Origin: Alphaproteobacteria bacterium
GTDB lineage: Bacteria; Pseudomonadota; Alphaproteobacteria; CBDDJK01
DNA length: 62,031 nucleotides
NCBI GenBank assembly: GCA_045106055.1
Contig: JBGCED010000007.1
Span: 1-62,031 of the forward strand
Direction of reading: 5' to 3'
Part shown: one piece after another, positions 1 to 11,288 of the stretch
Position numbering within the stretch: the stretch's first letter is position 1
Layout: each line of letters opens with the position of its first letter
The notes under the pieces: generated by a model
The model's database searches: none
What the model was told of the DNA's origin: nothing
Seen by the model: only the letters and a program-made list of their open reading frames with translations
Program-made: the position numbers and the translations under genes

Positions 1-119
1 CGCATCCGCCTTGATTCTATTTTGACGGAATTATTGTAATATGATTGCGGTTTGACCCAAATCTAAGCGCATCAGCTGATGGGGGTGCAAAAACAAAACC
101 TCCATTTAAGCAAAATATT

Positions 120-878
120 CTAGCGGTTGAAAATAATCAAAATTATAATTTCAATGCAGATGATTAATCCGCCGCATATATCGCCCGTTATGCCGCCCAA
201 GCGTTTCTTTGCCCATATGCCAAAGCCGATGATTAAGATTGCGGCCGCAATTAAGCTTAACAGCCCTTGGGCAAGCGGAAACCAGAAATATAGCGGGATC
301 AGGGCAATCCATAAAGCGATCACGGGCTGGATGATGCCAAGCGATTGGATGGCAGCAGAGCTTTCTTTATCTTTTGTCGCAAAACCATAAAGCGCAAAAG
401 GAATGGCAGCACGGCTTAATATGCCCATCATCACCATAATTAAGAAAAAATCTTTGGTTTTGAAAATCAAGATATATTCAATTAAAAAAATCTTGGCAAT
501 CACCATGATGATTAGCCCCAAAACCCCATAAGTTCCAAGGCTGCTGTCACGCATGATCCTCAATCTTTTAATGCGGTTACCGCCCGCAGCAGATCCATCC
601 AGCATATCGGCAAAGCCATCTTCGTGAAGCGCGCCCGTCAGCAAGATGGATATGCCAACGCCAAGCGCAACCGCAGGGATTGACGGCAGGCCCAGCAATG
701 CAAACAAAGCGTAAATGACCCAGCCTGTTACCAAGCCCGTCACCGCCCCGACAAGCGGGAACGCCCATAATGCATTTTGAAGGTGATCCTTTTCAGGATG
801 ATGGTCAACAAGGCGCATCACAGGCAAACGGGTCAGCCACCCAAACGCAACGATAAGCTGGCGAAAAATTTTAAGCAT
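120..878 (-). CDS. cobS: adenosylcobinamide-GDP ribazoletransferase (cobalamin synthase; CobS of Salmonella nomenclature, CobV of Pseudomonas), polytopic membrane protein
   Basis: 252-aa ORF with N-terminal FGWLTRLPV motif, DGFADxxDG-like HEDGFADMLDG motif and multiple hydrophobic helices typical of the family. Confidence 0.8.
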   Translation of the reverse strand: MLKIFRQLIVAFGWLTRLPVMRLVDHHPEKDHLQNALWAFPLVGAVTGLVTGWVIYALFALLGLPSIPAVALGVGISILLTGALHEDGFADMLDGSAAGGNRIKRLRIMRDSSLGTYGVLGLIIMVIAKIFLIEYILIFKTKDFFLIMVMMGILSRAAIPFALYGFATKDKESSAAIQSLGIIQPVIALWIALIPLYFWFPLAQGLLSLIAAAILIIGFGIWAKKRLGGITGDICGGLIICIEIIILIIFNR

Positions 879-926
879 TAGTGTAATGATGATAAAGCGA
901 TGTTGAAAGCGGCAATCACGGCGGGC

Positions 927-2249
927 TTACCCTGCAAGCCACAAGCTTGCTTCTTTGACGAAGCATTTGACCCGCTTTGCTTTTAGCTGGTTGCAGGCCT
1001 GTCTTGCGGTTTGCTGGCTATAGCCAACCAGCAATGCACGATAAATGCTGCTTTCTTTTGGTCTATAAATGGCAGTTTTGCCGCGATTGCTTTCAAACTT
1101 GCCATCAAGAATGCGCCGCGCGCCCTCTGATGCTTCCAAGGCTGCATTTTTTGATGAAAAAGCACCAACTTGCACAATCCAACGCCCCACATTATCATAA
1201 ACAAAGGCGCGCCCGCTGGTGCCATCAGCATCACCTTGTGCCAGCATATGAAGTTCTGATTGATCTTTATTGGTCGTGGGTTGAACCGCTGCCACCATCG
1301 AAATAGAATCAGGCAATTTGGGCGGGATGGGCATCCCCCTTGAATTTTGCGCGTTGTTTTGCGCATTGGACGCAAAGCGATTGCCATTATCCTGGTTAAG
1401 CTGGGCAAACCCGCGATCCAGCAACTTCTTCATGTGGCGGTCGCGAATTTTGCCTGTTTTTCCGCCAAGCACAACCCCAATAACATGCTGGCGATTGCGC
1501 TTAACCGATGCCACCAAATTAAAACCACTGGCGCGGGTATAGCCCGTTTTAATGCCATCTGCCCCTTGGTAATTGCCCAGCAGATTATTATGATTTTTAT
1601 ATTTCTTGCCCGCAAAATCAAAGCTTTTATTTGAAAAATAATGATAATATTGCGGAAAATCCTGTTGAATTCGAATGCCAAGCACGCCCATATCTTTTGC
1701 CGTTGATAGCTGCCCGCGATTGGGAAGCCCGCTTGCATTTTTGAAGCTGGTGCGCGTCATGCCAAGTTCCCGCGCTTTGGCAGTCATCTTGCGTGCAAAT
1801 TCAATTTCTGTTCCGCCAAGATGTTCCGCAACCGCAGTTGCAACATCATTTGCTGATTTTGTAACCAGCGCCATGATTGCTTGCTGCACGCTGATTGATT
1901 TTCCTGCCTTAACCCCCAATTTACTTGGCGCTTGCCCCGCTGCGCGCCGTGAAAATTTAACGCGATCATCCAGCCTGATTTTGTTTGCCTCCAGCGCATC
2001 AAACACCATATAAAGGGTCATAATTTTGGTTAGGGATGCAGGATAATTCCGGGTATTTTCATTGATCGCATAAAGCACCTCACCAGAATTTGCATCATAG
2101 ATATAGGCAGCATATTTCGCGTATGCCTGTTGCGGTGCCGCAATCATAAGCGCACCAATGACTGCGCATAGGATCATGCCATATAAAGCATGCGGCAAGC
2201 CTTTTGATCGGGCGGAAGGAAGCTTAACAGGGTTTAAACAATCTATCAT
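927..2249 (-). CDS. D-alanyl-D-alanine carboxypeptidase (S11 penicillin-binding protein) with C-terminal SPOR domain
   Basis: SxxK (SLTKIMT), SxN (SAND) and KTG (KTGYT) motifs; C-terminal WIVQVGAFSSKNAA...YRALLVGY SPOR-like segment. The start may be an internal Met (2177) just before the signal peptide. Confidence 0.85.
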   Translation of the reverse strand: MIDCLNPVKLPSARSKGLPHALYGMILCAVIGALMIAAPQQAYAKYAAYIYDANSGEVLYAINENTRNYPASLTKIMTLYMVFDALEANKIRLDDRVKFSRRAAGQAPSKLGVKAGKSISVQQAIMALVTKSANDVATAVAEHLGGTEIEFARKMTAKARELGMTRTSFKNASGLPNRGQLSTAKDMGVLGIRIQQDFPQYYHYFSNKSFDFAGKKYKNHNNLLGNYQGADGIKTGYTRASGFNLVASVKRNRQHVIGVVLGGKTGKIRDRHMKKLLDRGFAQLNQDNGNRFASNAQNNAQNSRGMPIPPKLPDSISMVAAVQPTTNKDQSELHMLAQGDADGTSGRAFVYDNVGRWIVQVGAFSSKNAALEASEGARRILDGKFESNRGKTAIYRPKESSIYRALLVGYSQQTARQACNQLKAKRVKCFVKEASLWLAG

Positions 2250-2535
2250 GCGTTTCTACGCCCTTATCGGTATTTCATGCCAATATTTTATTCTGTGATT
2301 ATTAACAAACACAAAGTAATCACAAATATTGATCTATTATTTAACAGAATAAACCAATAATAATAAATAAAAAAATTATTTTATATTTATAACGCATTTT
2401 GCAATCATTGTCTAGAGCGTGGCAGTAATAAAGCTAATTTTTCTTTTGAAATGGTTTTAATATGCTATATCTGCCCTATCTTATGGATTATAAATCGCGC
2501 CAATTAACATTTTATCAATTTATGGAATAACGAGC

Positions 2536-3567
2536 ATGAACTCTATGCGTCCTTATCGGATTTGGCTTGGTCTTAGCATGTTGATGGTGATCCTTATGAT
2601 GATCATTGGCGCAATTACGCGTCTAACGGAAAGCGGGCTGTCCATGGTGGAATGGCGACCCTTCATTGGATGGATTCCCCCGCTAAGCACAGGCGATTGG
2701 CAGCGCATCTTTGAACTTTATCAGCAAACTTCGCAATATCAGTTGATGAATAAGGGCATGAGCCTTGCCGATTTTCAAACCATCTTTTGGTGGGAATATA
2801 TTCATCGCGTATTTGGGCGGTTAATCGGGGTGGTTTACGCGCTGCCCTTTTTATATTGGGCGGTGCGCAATCGCTTGCCTGTTGGTTATCGGTTAAGGCT
2901 GTTTTTGTTGCTTGGGCTTGGCGGCTTGCAAGGGGTGATCGGCTGGTGGATGGTCAAAAGTGGCTTTGTTGATCGCACCGAAGTTAGCCAAATTCGGCTT
3001 GCGGTGCATCTGGGCGTGGCATTTATCATTCTTGGTCTTATTTATTGGGTTTGGCTGGATATGGGCAACCGCGAAACCCCCAATTCAGCGCAGCTTGAAA
3101 GCCCGTTTCTGCACACCAAAATCAGGCATTTTTTTGCGCTTGCCCCGATCACCATCATAGGGCTAACGCTGCTGGCGGGGGCATTGGTGGCTGGCTTGCG
3201 GGCGGGCTTTATTTATAATGATTGGCCAACCATGGATGGGGCGCTTTGGCCCAGCATCTATTGGGATTCTGCGATGGGGCTTAGAAGCCTTTATGAAGAT
3301 TATGCAACCGTGCAGATGAACCACCGCATCATGGCTTATTTAAGCGTGCTTACCTGTTTTGCTGTGTTTGCGGTTGCGCAAATAAAAAGCTTGAAGCAAA
3401 GCCAGCATAATGGCGCTGCGCTTATGATCATTGTGATAATTCAGCTTATGCTTGGTGTTGCGACCTTGATGTTGGTTGTTCCAATTTGGCTAGGCGCTTT
3501 GCATCAATTCACGGCCATTTTATTATATCTAGCAGCATTAAATCATTGTTATAAATGCTATAGATAG
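2536..3567 (+). CDS. ctaA: heme A synthase (COX15/CtaA family)
   Basis: 343-aa polytopic protein with conserved His motifs EYIHRVFGR and MNHRIMAY in the two half-repeats. Confidence 0.88.
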   Translation: MNSMRPYRIWLGLSMLMVILMMIIGAITRLTESGLSMVEWRPFIGWIPPLSTGDWQRIFELYQQTSQYQLMNKGMSLADFQTIFWWEYIHRVFGRLIGVVYALPFLYWAVRNRLPVGYRLRLFLLLGLGGLQGVIGWWMVKSGFVDRTEVSQIRLAVHLGVAFIILGLIYWVWLDMGNRETPNSAQLESPFLHTKIRHFFALAPITIIGLTLLAGALVAGLRAGFIYNDWPTMDGALWPSIYWDSAMGLRSLYEDYATVQMNHRIMAYLSVLTCFAVFAVAQIKSLKQSQHNGAALMIIVIIQLMLGVATLMLVVPIWLGALHQFTAILLYLAALNHCYKCYR

Positions 3568-3586
3568 ATTTCTTAACCAAGATGCC

Positions 3587-5473
3587 TTAGTGCTTTGTGA
3601 TGGTTTTGACGAAATTATCCAGTTTGGTGGATAAACTATCCGCTTGCTCATTTAAGTTTTTCGCAGATTGCATGATGGATTCATTGCGCTTGGAAGATTC
3701 ATCGGCAGCATCGGCAACCTCATTAATTGCCCTTTTAACATTCAAATTCTTCATGCCCGCTTGCTGCGCGCTTCTTGAAATTTCCAAGGTGGCTGAATTT
3801 TGCTCGGATATTGCGCCTGAGATTTGCATTGAACGGTCATTAATCTCTTTCACAATTTCTGCAATTTGCTGAATCGCTTCCACCGCATTATCGGTTTCCG
3901 TTTGCACGCCCGTCACTTGCTGCGCAATTTCTTCGGTCGCTTTGGCGGTTTGATTGGCAAGGTTTTTAACCTCACTTGCCACAACCGCAAAGCCGCGACC
4001 AACTTCCCCTGCGCGGGTTGCCTCAATCGTTGCATTTAAGGCAAGCAAATTGGTGCGGTTGGCAATCGTATTAATCAAGACCAATACATCATCAATATTC
4101 TTCGCTGCAACAGACAGACCACCAATGATTTCACTGGTTTTTTCTGCGCTTTGCAGGGCTTTATGCGAAACCTCGGTCGATCGGGTGATTTGATTTTCAA
4201 TATCACGCACCGAATTTGATAATTCTTCTGATGATGCCGCAACCGCTTCCACATCATTTGAAGTTTCCTGGATATATCCTGAAACTTCTTTGCTGCGTGT
4301 ATTTAAAAACTCATTTGAGCGGTCAATATTTTCGGCGGCACGATATAAATCATTTGCATTTTCAATGATTTGCATGATGATCGTTGATATTTCCGATGAA
4401 AATTCATTTGCAAGCGAATCAATATTCACGGATTTATCACTTGCAAGCTTATCAACCACCGGCTGAAGTGATGATCTGATCGCTTGTTCCACATCCTGCT
4501 TTGCTGCGTCTGATTGATTTTGTGCTTCATCATTTGAAACGGCGCGATCATCAATGCGTTTACGCACAAACAAGCTGCCTTGCTGTTCAATTTGTTTGAA
4601 AGCGGTTGCAATATCGTTAAGCTCGCCTTCTTCTGGAAAATTCTCCATATCCAAAGGCTCCCCCTCTTCAAGCAGCGTTTTAACAGAAGCTTGTAAGGCG
4701 GTCATTGGCTGAACAAAATGGCGCTTAAAGCTTAACATAAACAGCAAATTAACCAGCAACAACAGCAGCGCAGCGCCGTAAAGCGCATAATTGGACAAAT
4801 TCGCCTTTTGCTGGGCGCTTGCAACAGCTTTATCAAGCCGCATTTCTATCTTTGTGATAAATTCGCTAAGCGGCAGCATGATATCTGCTTTATAGCGATA
4901 ATATTGATCTGATTCCAGCAGGCTTGACGCAAGCTCAAGATCAGGGGCTAAAAATATTGAATATTCGCCTTGCTCATCTTGAAAAACGCCTTTGACGGCG
5001 TTAAAGGCCTCTACTTCAAGGCGGACAAGACGGTCTGAATTGGCTTTGGCTTTGGCAAGCAAATCAAGTTCGGCTGCGCTAAAGCCAGCCTGTATCATTA
5101 AATCCAGCAGCGATTTTTTGATCGTATCGGGTCTTGGCTGTGTGTCGTCAACCAAATATAGATCCCAATAAATATTATGGTAATCTTGAGGAATCGGTGC
5201 CTCACCCTCGCGAATGGCAACGATCATATTATAAGCCTTTTCAAAGCGCGCATCGCCTGTTTGGGAATAAGCGCGCGCAAGGCGGGTTAAATCATCCGAG
5301 GATTGGCGCAATATATCAACCAGCAAATAGGATTCATGTTTTTGATCGATTGCATCCTTTACCTTATGTTCATTATCCAAGGTGAACCAAATCAACGCCA
5401 ATGACATCACAATGATCCCTAAATTGACCATGGCAACCATGGTGAATTTTCGTTTTAGATGATTTGATCCCAT
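3587..5473 (-). CDS. methyl-accepting chemotaxis protein
   Basis: Two TM segments flank a periplasmic domain; the C-terminal signalling hairpin LLALNATIEATRAGEVGRGFAVVASEVKNLANQT is highly conserved in MCPs. Confidence 0.9.
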   Translation of the reverse strand: MGSNHLKRKFTMVAMVNLGIIVMSLALIWFTLDNEHKVKDAIDQKHESYLLVDILRQSSDDLTRLARAYSQTGDARFEKAYNMIVAIREGEAPIPQDYHNIYWDLYLVDDTQPRPDTIKKSLLDLMIQAGFSAAELDLLAKAKANSDRLVRLEVEAFNAVKGVFQDEQGEYSIFLAPDLELASSLLESDQYYRYKADIMLPLSEFITKIEMRLDKAVASAQQKANLSNYALYGAALLLLLVNLLFMLSFKRHFVQPMTALQASVKTLLEEGEPLDMENFPEEGELNDIATAFKQIEQQGSLFVRKRIDDRAVSNDEAQNQSDAAKQDVEQAIRSSLQPVVDKLASDKSVNIDSLANEFSSEISTIIMQIIENANDLYRAAENIDRSNEFLNTRSKEVSGYIQETSNDVEAVAASSEELSNSVRDIENQITRSTEVSHKALQSAEKTSEIIGGLSVAAKNIDDVLVLINTIANRTNLLALNATIEATRAGEVGRGFAVVASEVKNLANQTAKATEEIAQQVTGVQTETDNAVEAIQQIAEIVKEINDRSMQISGAISEQNSATLEISRSAQQAGMKNLNVKRAINEVADAADESSKRNESIMQSAKNLNEQADSLSTKLDNFVKTITKH

Positions 5474-5793
5474 AGTTACACCATTCCTTAGATTCTATAT
5501 ATTTGTGTATTTCCGACTGATTTAGTGGATAAAACTTTTATGTTTCAAAGTATTATCATAGTTTTATAAATAAATACAAGTGTAATATAGCTAGACACTT
5601 TAAATTCAAATGAATTAAAATTTAAAGAAACTAAATATATGCACCCAAAGCATCCCATAAGGGGCTTGCTTTGATGTTAAAAACATTTCATAAATTAGGT
5701 GATTTTAATTATATGCCCCAATCGCCGAATTTATTTTGCATCAAAATGATTTGATGGGTTTTAATGATTGAATAATAAGCTATTTTTTTTAGG

Positions 5794-8244
5794 ATGATGA
5801 TGAAAAACGCACAAGAACCATCAAATTTACATCAATTAATAACGGACGCAATGGCGCATTATCATGCAAATTCCTTGAGTGAATGCGAGGCGCTTTGCAC
5901 CCAGATCATCACGAAAAGCCCCAAAAACTTCACAGGAAATCAGCTGCTTGGGGTCATTCATGCGCGCCGCAATATGATGCGCGAAGCTTCAAAATATCTG
6001 CTGCTTGCACATCAAGCACGGCCAAATTCAAAGCCTGTCATCGACAATTTAATCAATGTAAAAACGCATATTGGTGATTGGAACGGGTTAATTAAGTTTT
6101 TAAACGGAATCATCAAGGAAATGCCTGATGCTTATGATTATATCCACCGCAGGGCCGAGATTGAGCTGCGACTTGGACGCAAAATAGAGGCAATATCAAG
6201 CTATATCATGTGCCTGGATGCGCCGCTTTCTGATGCATCAACTCTTGATTCGCAAAGGGCTGATCTGAAAACGCAAGATTTTAAACCCATCATATTAAGT
6301 GCCGCAATCGCAGCCGGGCATTTATCGCTTGCACAGGAAAAATTTAAACAAGCCCATAAATTGCTATGTTTTGGCATGATGCTGATTTACAAGATCACAC
6401 CCGACCCATACGCTTCTTTTAAGCCTCAGATTGATTTTTCAGCATTTGATAAGGTGGATGATCTAAGCATGTTGGAAATTCCGCCCAGATATGATGATGC
6501 TTTATCTTTTTTAGAAAAGACAATTGCCGCCATTGTGCAGGTCAGATATGATTTATGGCAAGAAAATTTGGCGGATGAATTAAAAACCGATTTCATCGCT
6601 GCTTTTGATTTTTTAACATCATTTCAAGCGCATCATCATTCCGCCAAATCCAATAAGATAATACATATGGAAGCGATGCTAGCCTTTGATCAAGGGGATG
6701 TTAAGACCGCCAAAAAGCTTCATCAAAGCATCACGCCCGAAACCGAAAATGACCGCGCAGATCAATTATTGCTTAATGGAAAGCTTGCGCTTCATAATCA
6801 AGCTTTGGGCGATGCTGAGCGGGCTTATGGTGCATATTTATTAATCAAACCGAATAAAATCAACATATTACAAGCGCAAGGTCAAATATTGCTTAGATTA
6901 GGGCGCGTGATGGCGGCAACCGCTTATTTTGAACGAATCTTGGAACTTGCGCCAGAATCAACCGAAGCTGCAAAAGCTGCCCATCATTCGCTTGCTGATT
7001 TAAGGCTGCTTAATGGGGATTACGAACAAGGGTTTAAAAGCAAGCAACGCGACTATAAAACCACAAATTTTTTGAAATCGCTTAACCTATCTAGGGATGA
7101 TTTAATTGATGCAAGCTGGGGCGGAATTGAACGGTTAAACGGCAAACGCATTATTTTATTTTCCAATTCGGATATGATTGATGATGTCAATGCACAGCCA
7201 CAAAAACCAGAAACAAGCCCGATTGATTTTGTGATTTTCAGCCGATATTTCCCTTTATTTGGTGATCGCCCACAATCGGTGCATTTATTGTTGCAAAAAA
7301 ACCAAGAAAGCTTGCGCCCACTTTATGAACATTATCGCGGCATTAACGGGGTGATCACCATGGATGGCGAAGTTCCCCAAGCGGATGCATGGCTATCGCT
7401 TTCCAGCTTGCCCTTGCTGTTCAGCACAGCTTCGTTTGAACAAATCCCCCCTTCATTGCCGCCACATCGATTGCACCAAGCCGTCATTGATCAAAAATCA
7501 AAATTACACACCGCGATTGACGCGCTTGAAGCGCCCAAAAATAACGCGATAAAAAAGAAACCCGCACCAAAGGCAAAATCATCCAAAAAGCAACAATCAG
7601 CGCAAATTCAAGCAACACAAAACGCACAAGCAACGGGGCAAACATGGCAAGTATGGGTGGGGTTATGCCCGCAGCCCAGCCATATTGATGCGGATCATAA
7701 GGATAAAAAACATGTTGGGAATGTTGGTGATCCAGATGATTTAGGCAATTATTTTAACTTAAAAAAACTGGCTGAACTTGCACGCAAGATTCCAAATTGC
7801 ATCCTATTCTGCTTGGAAGCAAATTTATCGCAAGCGGATCAATCCTATGTTGAAAAATGCGGGGATATTATTTGGCAAGCACAGGATTTGATAGATTATC
7901 AGGCACAAGCTGCAATGGTTCACGCAATGGATTTTGTCATTGGACAAGAAAGCTTGCCTGTTCATTTTGCGGGATCTATGAATAAGCGGGGCTGGGTTAT
8001 TTTGGATCAATTCCCGCATTGGTGGTGGGGAAACCATGATGAACGCAGCCCATGGTATCCCAATTTAAGATTATATAGAAAAGCCCTTGGTTGGGATGTT
8101 GAAGCTGTTGCCCAAGAAATCGCCGAAGATATAGAATATGAAAATAAACAAGGTATTTTCGCCGCGATGATAACCAAGAAAAAACGCAATGATCCTTTTT
8201 CCAATGATTCAGTTTCTGATGATTCTGACGATGATATTCATTAA
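5794..8244 (+). CDS. TPR-repeat protein with C-terminal glycosyltransferase-family-9-like (heptosyltransferase-fold) domain
   Basis: N-terminal TPR-like helices. The C-terminal half shares motifs with ORF 41421..42932 (HFAGSMNKRGWVIL / SPWYPNLRLYRK) and carries a K/Q-rich low-complexity insert (KKKPAPKAKSSKKQQSAQ). Confidence 0.55.
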   Translation: MMMKNAQEPSNLHQLITDAMAHYHANSLSECEALCTQIITKSPKNFTGNQLLGVIHARRNMMREASKYLLLAHQARPNSKPVIDNLINVKTHIGDWNGLIKFLNGIIKEMPDAYDYIHRRAEIELRLGRKIEAISSYIMCLDAPLSDASTLDSQRADLKTQDFKPIILSAAIAAGHLSLAQEKFKQAHKLLCFGMMLIYKITPDPYASFKPQIDFSAFDKVDDLSMLEIPPRYDDALSFLEKTIAAIVQVRYDLWQENLADELKTDFIAAFDFLTSFQAHHHSAKSNKIIHMEAMLAFDQGDVKTAKKLHQSITPETENDRADQLLLNGKLALHNQALGDAERAYGAYLLIKPNKINILQAQGQILLRLGRVMAATAYFERILELAPESTEAAKAAHHSLADLRLLNGDYEQGFKSKQRDYKTTNFLKSLNLSRDDLIDASWGGIERLNGKRIILFSNSDMIDDVNAQPQKPETSPIDFVIFSRYFPLFGDRPQSVHLLLQKNQESLRPLYEHYRGINGVITMDGEVPQADAWLSLSSLPLLFSTASFEQIPPSLPPHRLHQAVIDQKSKLHTAIDALEAPKNNAIKKKPAPKAKSSKKQQSAQIQATQNAQATGQTWQVWVGLCPQPSHIDADHKDKKHVGNVGDPDDLGNYFNLKKLAELARKIPNCILFCLEANLSQADQSYVEKCGDIIWQAQDLIDYQAQAAMVHAMDFVIGQESLPVHFAGSMNKRGWVILDQFPHWWWGNHDERSPWYPNLRLYRKALGWDVEAVAQEIAEDIEYENKQGIFAAMITKKKRNDPFSNDSVSDDSDDDIH

Positions 8245-8365
8245 AGCCTAATTTATCATTTCTTTGATCGCCTGTTGAGAGGTGATGCAATAAGATTAAA
8301 AGATTTTCATTTGCAAAATTGCGTGTGAACGGGCATATCTTATGCTTGTTTTTTAGCATATATCC

Positions 8366-9352
8366 ATGAAAGTAAAAGCAATGGTAGAAATAACAAGTGT
8401 TGAAGATTTAGGCACACCAGATCACCCCTATAAGGTGCGCGATCTGTTTGGCATTGACAGTGATAAAACGATCATGGGCTTTTCCAAGCGCACAGATCAT
8501 GTGCCAAGTCTTGATGAAAATTATATTTTTGACCGCGATACAACTTTGGCAATTTTGGCAGGGTTCGAGCATAATCGCCGCGTGATGGTTCAAGGCTATC
8601 ACGGAACAGGCAAATCCACCCATATTGAACAGGTGGCAGCACGGTTAAATTGGCCTTGCATCAGAATCAATTTGGATAGCCATATTAGCCGGATTGATCT
8701 TGTGGGTAAGGATGCGATTGTGCTTAAAGACGGCAAGCAAATCACCCAATTTCAAGAAGGGATTTTGCCATGGGCATTGCAGCATCCCGTTGCCTTATGT
8801 TTTGATGAATATGATGCGGGCAGACCCGATGTGATGTTTGTGATTCAGCGGATTTTAGAAATTGAAGGCAAATTAACGCTGCTGGATCAATCAAGGGTCA
8901 TTCGCCCCAACCCATTTTTCAGGCTGTTTGCAACCGCAAACACGGTTGGGCTTGGGGATACAAGCGGGCTTTATCATGGAACGCAACCGATCAATCAAGG
9001 GCAAATGGATCGCTGGTCAATCGTTACCAGCTTGAATTATTTGCCCAAACCCGAAGAGGTGAATATTATCCTTGCCAAATGCAAAGCCTATCAGAATGAA
9101 GCAGGGGAAAAAATGATTAAATCGATGGTTGAATGCGCTGCTTTAACCCGCGCATCCTTTATGAATGGCGATATTTCAACCGTGATGAGCCCGCGTACCG
9201 TCATTACTTGGGCGGAAAATACGCAAATTTTTGATGGCGATGTTGGGCTTGCCTTTCGCTTGACCTTTTTAAATAAATGTGATGATGCTGAACGGGAATT
9301 GATTGGCGATTTATATCAGCGTTGCTTTGATCAAGACCTGATTGCATCTTAA
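8366..9352 (+). CDS. cobS: cobaltochelatase subunit CobS (MoxR-like AAA+ ATPase; aerobic-pathway nomenclature)
   Basis: 328 aa; Walker [10 protein letters not shown], Walker B LCFDEYD; overall pattern of alphaproteobacterial CobS; immediately followed by cobT. Confidence 0.85.
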   Translation: MKVKAMVEITSVEDLGTPDHPYKVRDLFGIDSDKTIMGFSKRTDHVPSLDENYIFDRDTTLAILAGFEHNRRVMVQGYHGTGKSTHIEQVAARLNWPCIRINLDSHISRIDLVGKDAIVLKDGKQITQFQEGILPWALQHPVALCFDEYDAGRPDVMFVIQRILEIEGKLTLLDQSRVIRPNPFFRLFATANTVGLGDTSGLYHGTQPINQGQMDRWSIVTSLNYLPKPEEVNIILAKCKAYQNEAGEKMIKSMVECAALTRASFMNGDISTVMSPRTVITWAENTQIFDGDVGLAFRLTFLNKCDDAERELIGDLYQRCFDQDLIAS

Positions 9353-9386
9353 CCGATTTGCAGCATGATATGAATTGGCAAGATTT

Positions 9387-11255
9387 ATGTTAAGCAATCA
9401 GCCGCCCTCGACAACGATTCCAACCAAGGAAACGCCGCTTGAATCTTTAAAGCGAACGGTAAGCTGCACCGCGCGCGCATTAAGCGGACTTGAAGACACA
9501 GAAATTGTGTTTTCAAACCAATTAACGCCGCTTGCATCGCATCAAATTCGCTTGGCAATCCCTACCACAAAAACGGCAAATGATCCCGCGCTTAGGCGGG
9601 CTTATCGCGGGCAAGCCGATCTGGCTGCGGTCAGGCAAGCCCATCATAATCCTGTTTTGCATCATAAAATGCTGCCTGAACATGGGCAAGCAAATGCGCT
9701 ATTTGATGCATTAGAACAAGCGCGGGTTGAGCTGGTTGGCGGGCAAAATCGCAAAGGCATTGCCCATAATATTGATGCATTTAACCATCATCAACTGGAA
9801 TCATCGGGGCAGCTTAATCAGCGCATTGCCAGTGAAGAAAATCTGCCGATTGCGTTAAAATTAATGGTAAAACAGCTGGTTGGCGGCATTGCCCCGCCGC
9901 TGCAAATGCAAAGCTTGCTGGATGCGTGGAAAGCGCAGCTATCGCCAAAATTAATGCCTTTATTGCATGATTTGGCGGGTTTATTGGATGATCAAGCCAG
10001 TTACGGTAAGCAGGTAAAAGATATTTTGCGCGAAATGCACATGAATCCAGGCGATGATGTTGCGGATGATCCCCAAGAAGATGATCAGGAGCAGGGGGAT
10101 GATGAAGAAATTCAAGACAATCAAACCCGCAGCGAATCGGATGAGGATGAACAGCAAAATCAACCCAGCGAACAACAGCAAGGCGCATTGGATCAAGGCG
10201 CGGATGGCGATGAATCCCAAGAAATTGACGATGAATTGGCGCAGCAAATGGAACAGATGCACGAGGTTGAGGATGCTGGCGGGGAAGCCAGCGAAACGCG
10301 CCCCGAACATGATCTTTCAAATGCCACCAAGGAAAAATTTTATCATGCTTTTACCAAGGAATTTGATGAAATTCTTCTTCCAGAAGATTTATGCAATCCA
10401 GAAGAACTTGCAGGATTAAGGCAAATGTTGGATCAGCATTTGGCGCAGCTGCAAGGGGTGGTATCCAAGCTTGCCAATCGCCTGCAACGAAAATTGCTGG
10501 CGCAGCAACAGCGCGGCTGGGAATTTGACTTGGAAGAGGGGCATTTGGATAGTGCGCGCCTGTCGCGGATTATCATTGATCCCACCAGCTCGCTATCCTT
10601 TAAGGCTGAAAAAGAAACGGATTTTCGCGATACGATCCTAACCTTATTGATTGATAATTCAGGGTCAATGCGCGGCAGACCGATCACCATCGCATCCGTT
10701 TGTGCTGATATTTTGGCACAAACCATGGAGCGGTGCGGGGTCAAGATTGAAATTTTGGGCTTCACCACTTCTGCGTGGAAGGGCGGGCAATCACGCGAAA
10801 AATGGATCGCGCAAGAAAAGCCAAATATGCCTGGGCGGTTAAATGATTTGCGCCATATTATCTATAAACAAGCCGACAGCCCCTATCGCCGTTCCAGGCG
10901 TAACCTTGGCTTGATGCTGCGCGAGGGGTTGCTGAAAGAAAATATTGATGGCGAAGCCTTGCTATGGGCGCATGGCAGATTGCTGGCGCGCAAAGAAGAG
11001 CGGCGTATTTTAATGGTGATTTCGGATGGTGCGCCCGTGGATGATTCAACCCTTTCTGTTAATTCAGGCAATTATCTTGAACGGCATTTGCGCGATGTCA
11101 TCGACGATATTGAATCAAAATCAGAAATTGAGTTGGTTGCCATTGGGATTGGGCATGATGTCACCCGCTATTATAAGCGGGCATTAACCATTGTGGATGT
11201 CAATCAGCTTGGCGGGGCGATCACCAAGCAATTGGCGGATTTATTTGATCTTTAA
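9387..11255 (+). CDS. cobT: cobaltochelatase subunit CobT (acidic linker plus von Willebrand A domain)
   Basis: Long D/E/Q-rich central stretch; C-terminal vWA with [14 protein letters not shown]. The ORF track starts at TTG 9375; the first ATG is 9387. Confidence 0.85.
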   Translation: MLSNQPPSTTIPTKETPLESLKRTVSCTARALSGLEDTEIVFSNQLTPLASHQIRLAIPTTKTANDPALRRAYRGQADLAAVRQAHHNPVLHHKMLPEHGQANALFDALEQARVELVGGQNRKGIAHNIDAFNHHQLESSGQLNQRIASEENLPIALKLMVKQLVGGIAPPLQMQSLLDAWKAQLSPKLMPLLHDLAGLLDDQASYGKQVKDILREMHMNPGDDVADDPQEDDQEQGDDEEIQDNQTRSESDEDEQQNQPSEQQQGALDQGADGDESQEIDDELAQQMEQMHEVEDAGGEASETRPEHDLSNATKEKFYHAFTKEFDEILLPEDLCNPEELAGLRQMLDQHLAQLQGVVSKLANRLQRKLLAQQQRGWEFDLEEGHLDSARLSRIIIDPTSSLSFKAEKETDFRDTILTLLIDNSGSMRGRPITIASVCADILAQTMERCGVKIEILGFTTSAWKGGQSREKWIAQEKPNMPGRLNDLRHIIYKQADSPYRRSRRNLGLMLREGLLKENIDGEALLWAHGRLLARKEERRILMVISDGAPVDDSTLSVNSGNYLERHLRDVIDDIESKSEIELVAIGIGHDVTRYYKRALTIVDVNQLGGAITKQLADLFDL

Positions 11256-11288
11256 CCCTTTATTTTAAGCGGGAAGCGAGCGAGCATT

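Noticed and set aside
2294-2324. TGTGATTA-N15-TAATCACA inverted repeat in the dacC-like/ctaA divergent promoter as a CRP/FNR-type site
   Set aside because: The half-site spacing is far from the TGTGA-N6-TCACA or TTGAT-N4-ATCAA consensus. In very AT-rich DNA an 8-bp inverted repeat can arise by chance.
9814-10320. Long antisense or alternative-frame ORFs (168 aa, 109 aa, 121 aa) inside cobT
   Set aside because: They lie over the D/E/Q-rich low-complexity linker of CobT, where stop codons are scarce in several frames. Their translations are low-complexity and lack motifs.
8366-11255. MoxR-AAA plus vWA pair as a novel defence or chaperone system
   Set aside because: The sequence patterns and sizes fit the well-known CobS/CobT cobaltochelatase subunits of alphaproteobacteria.
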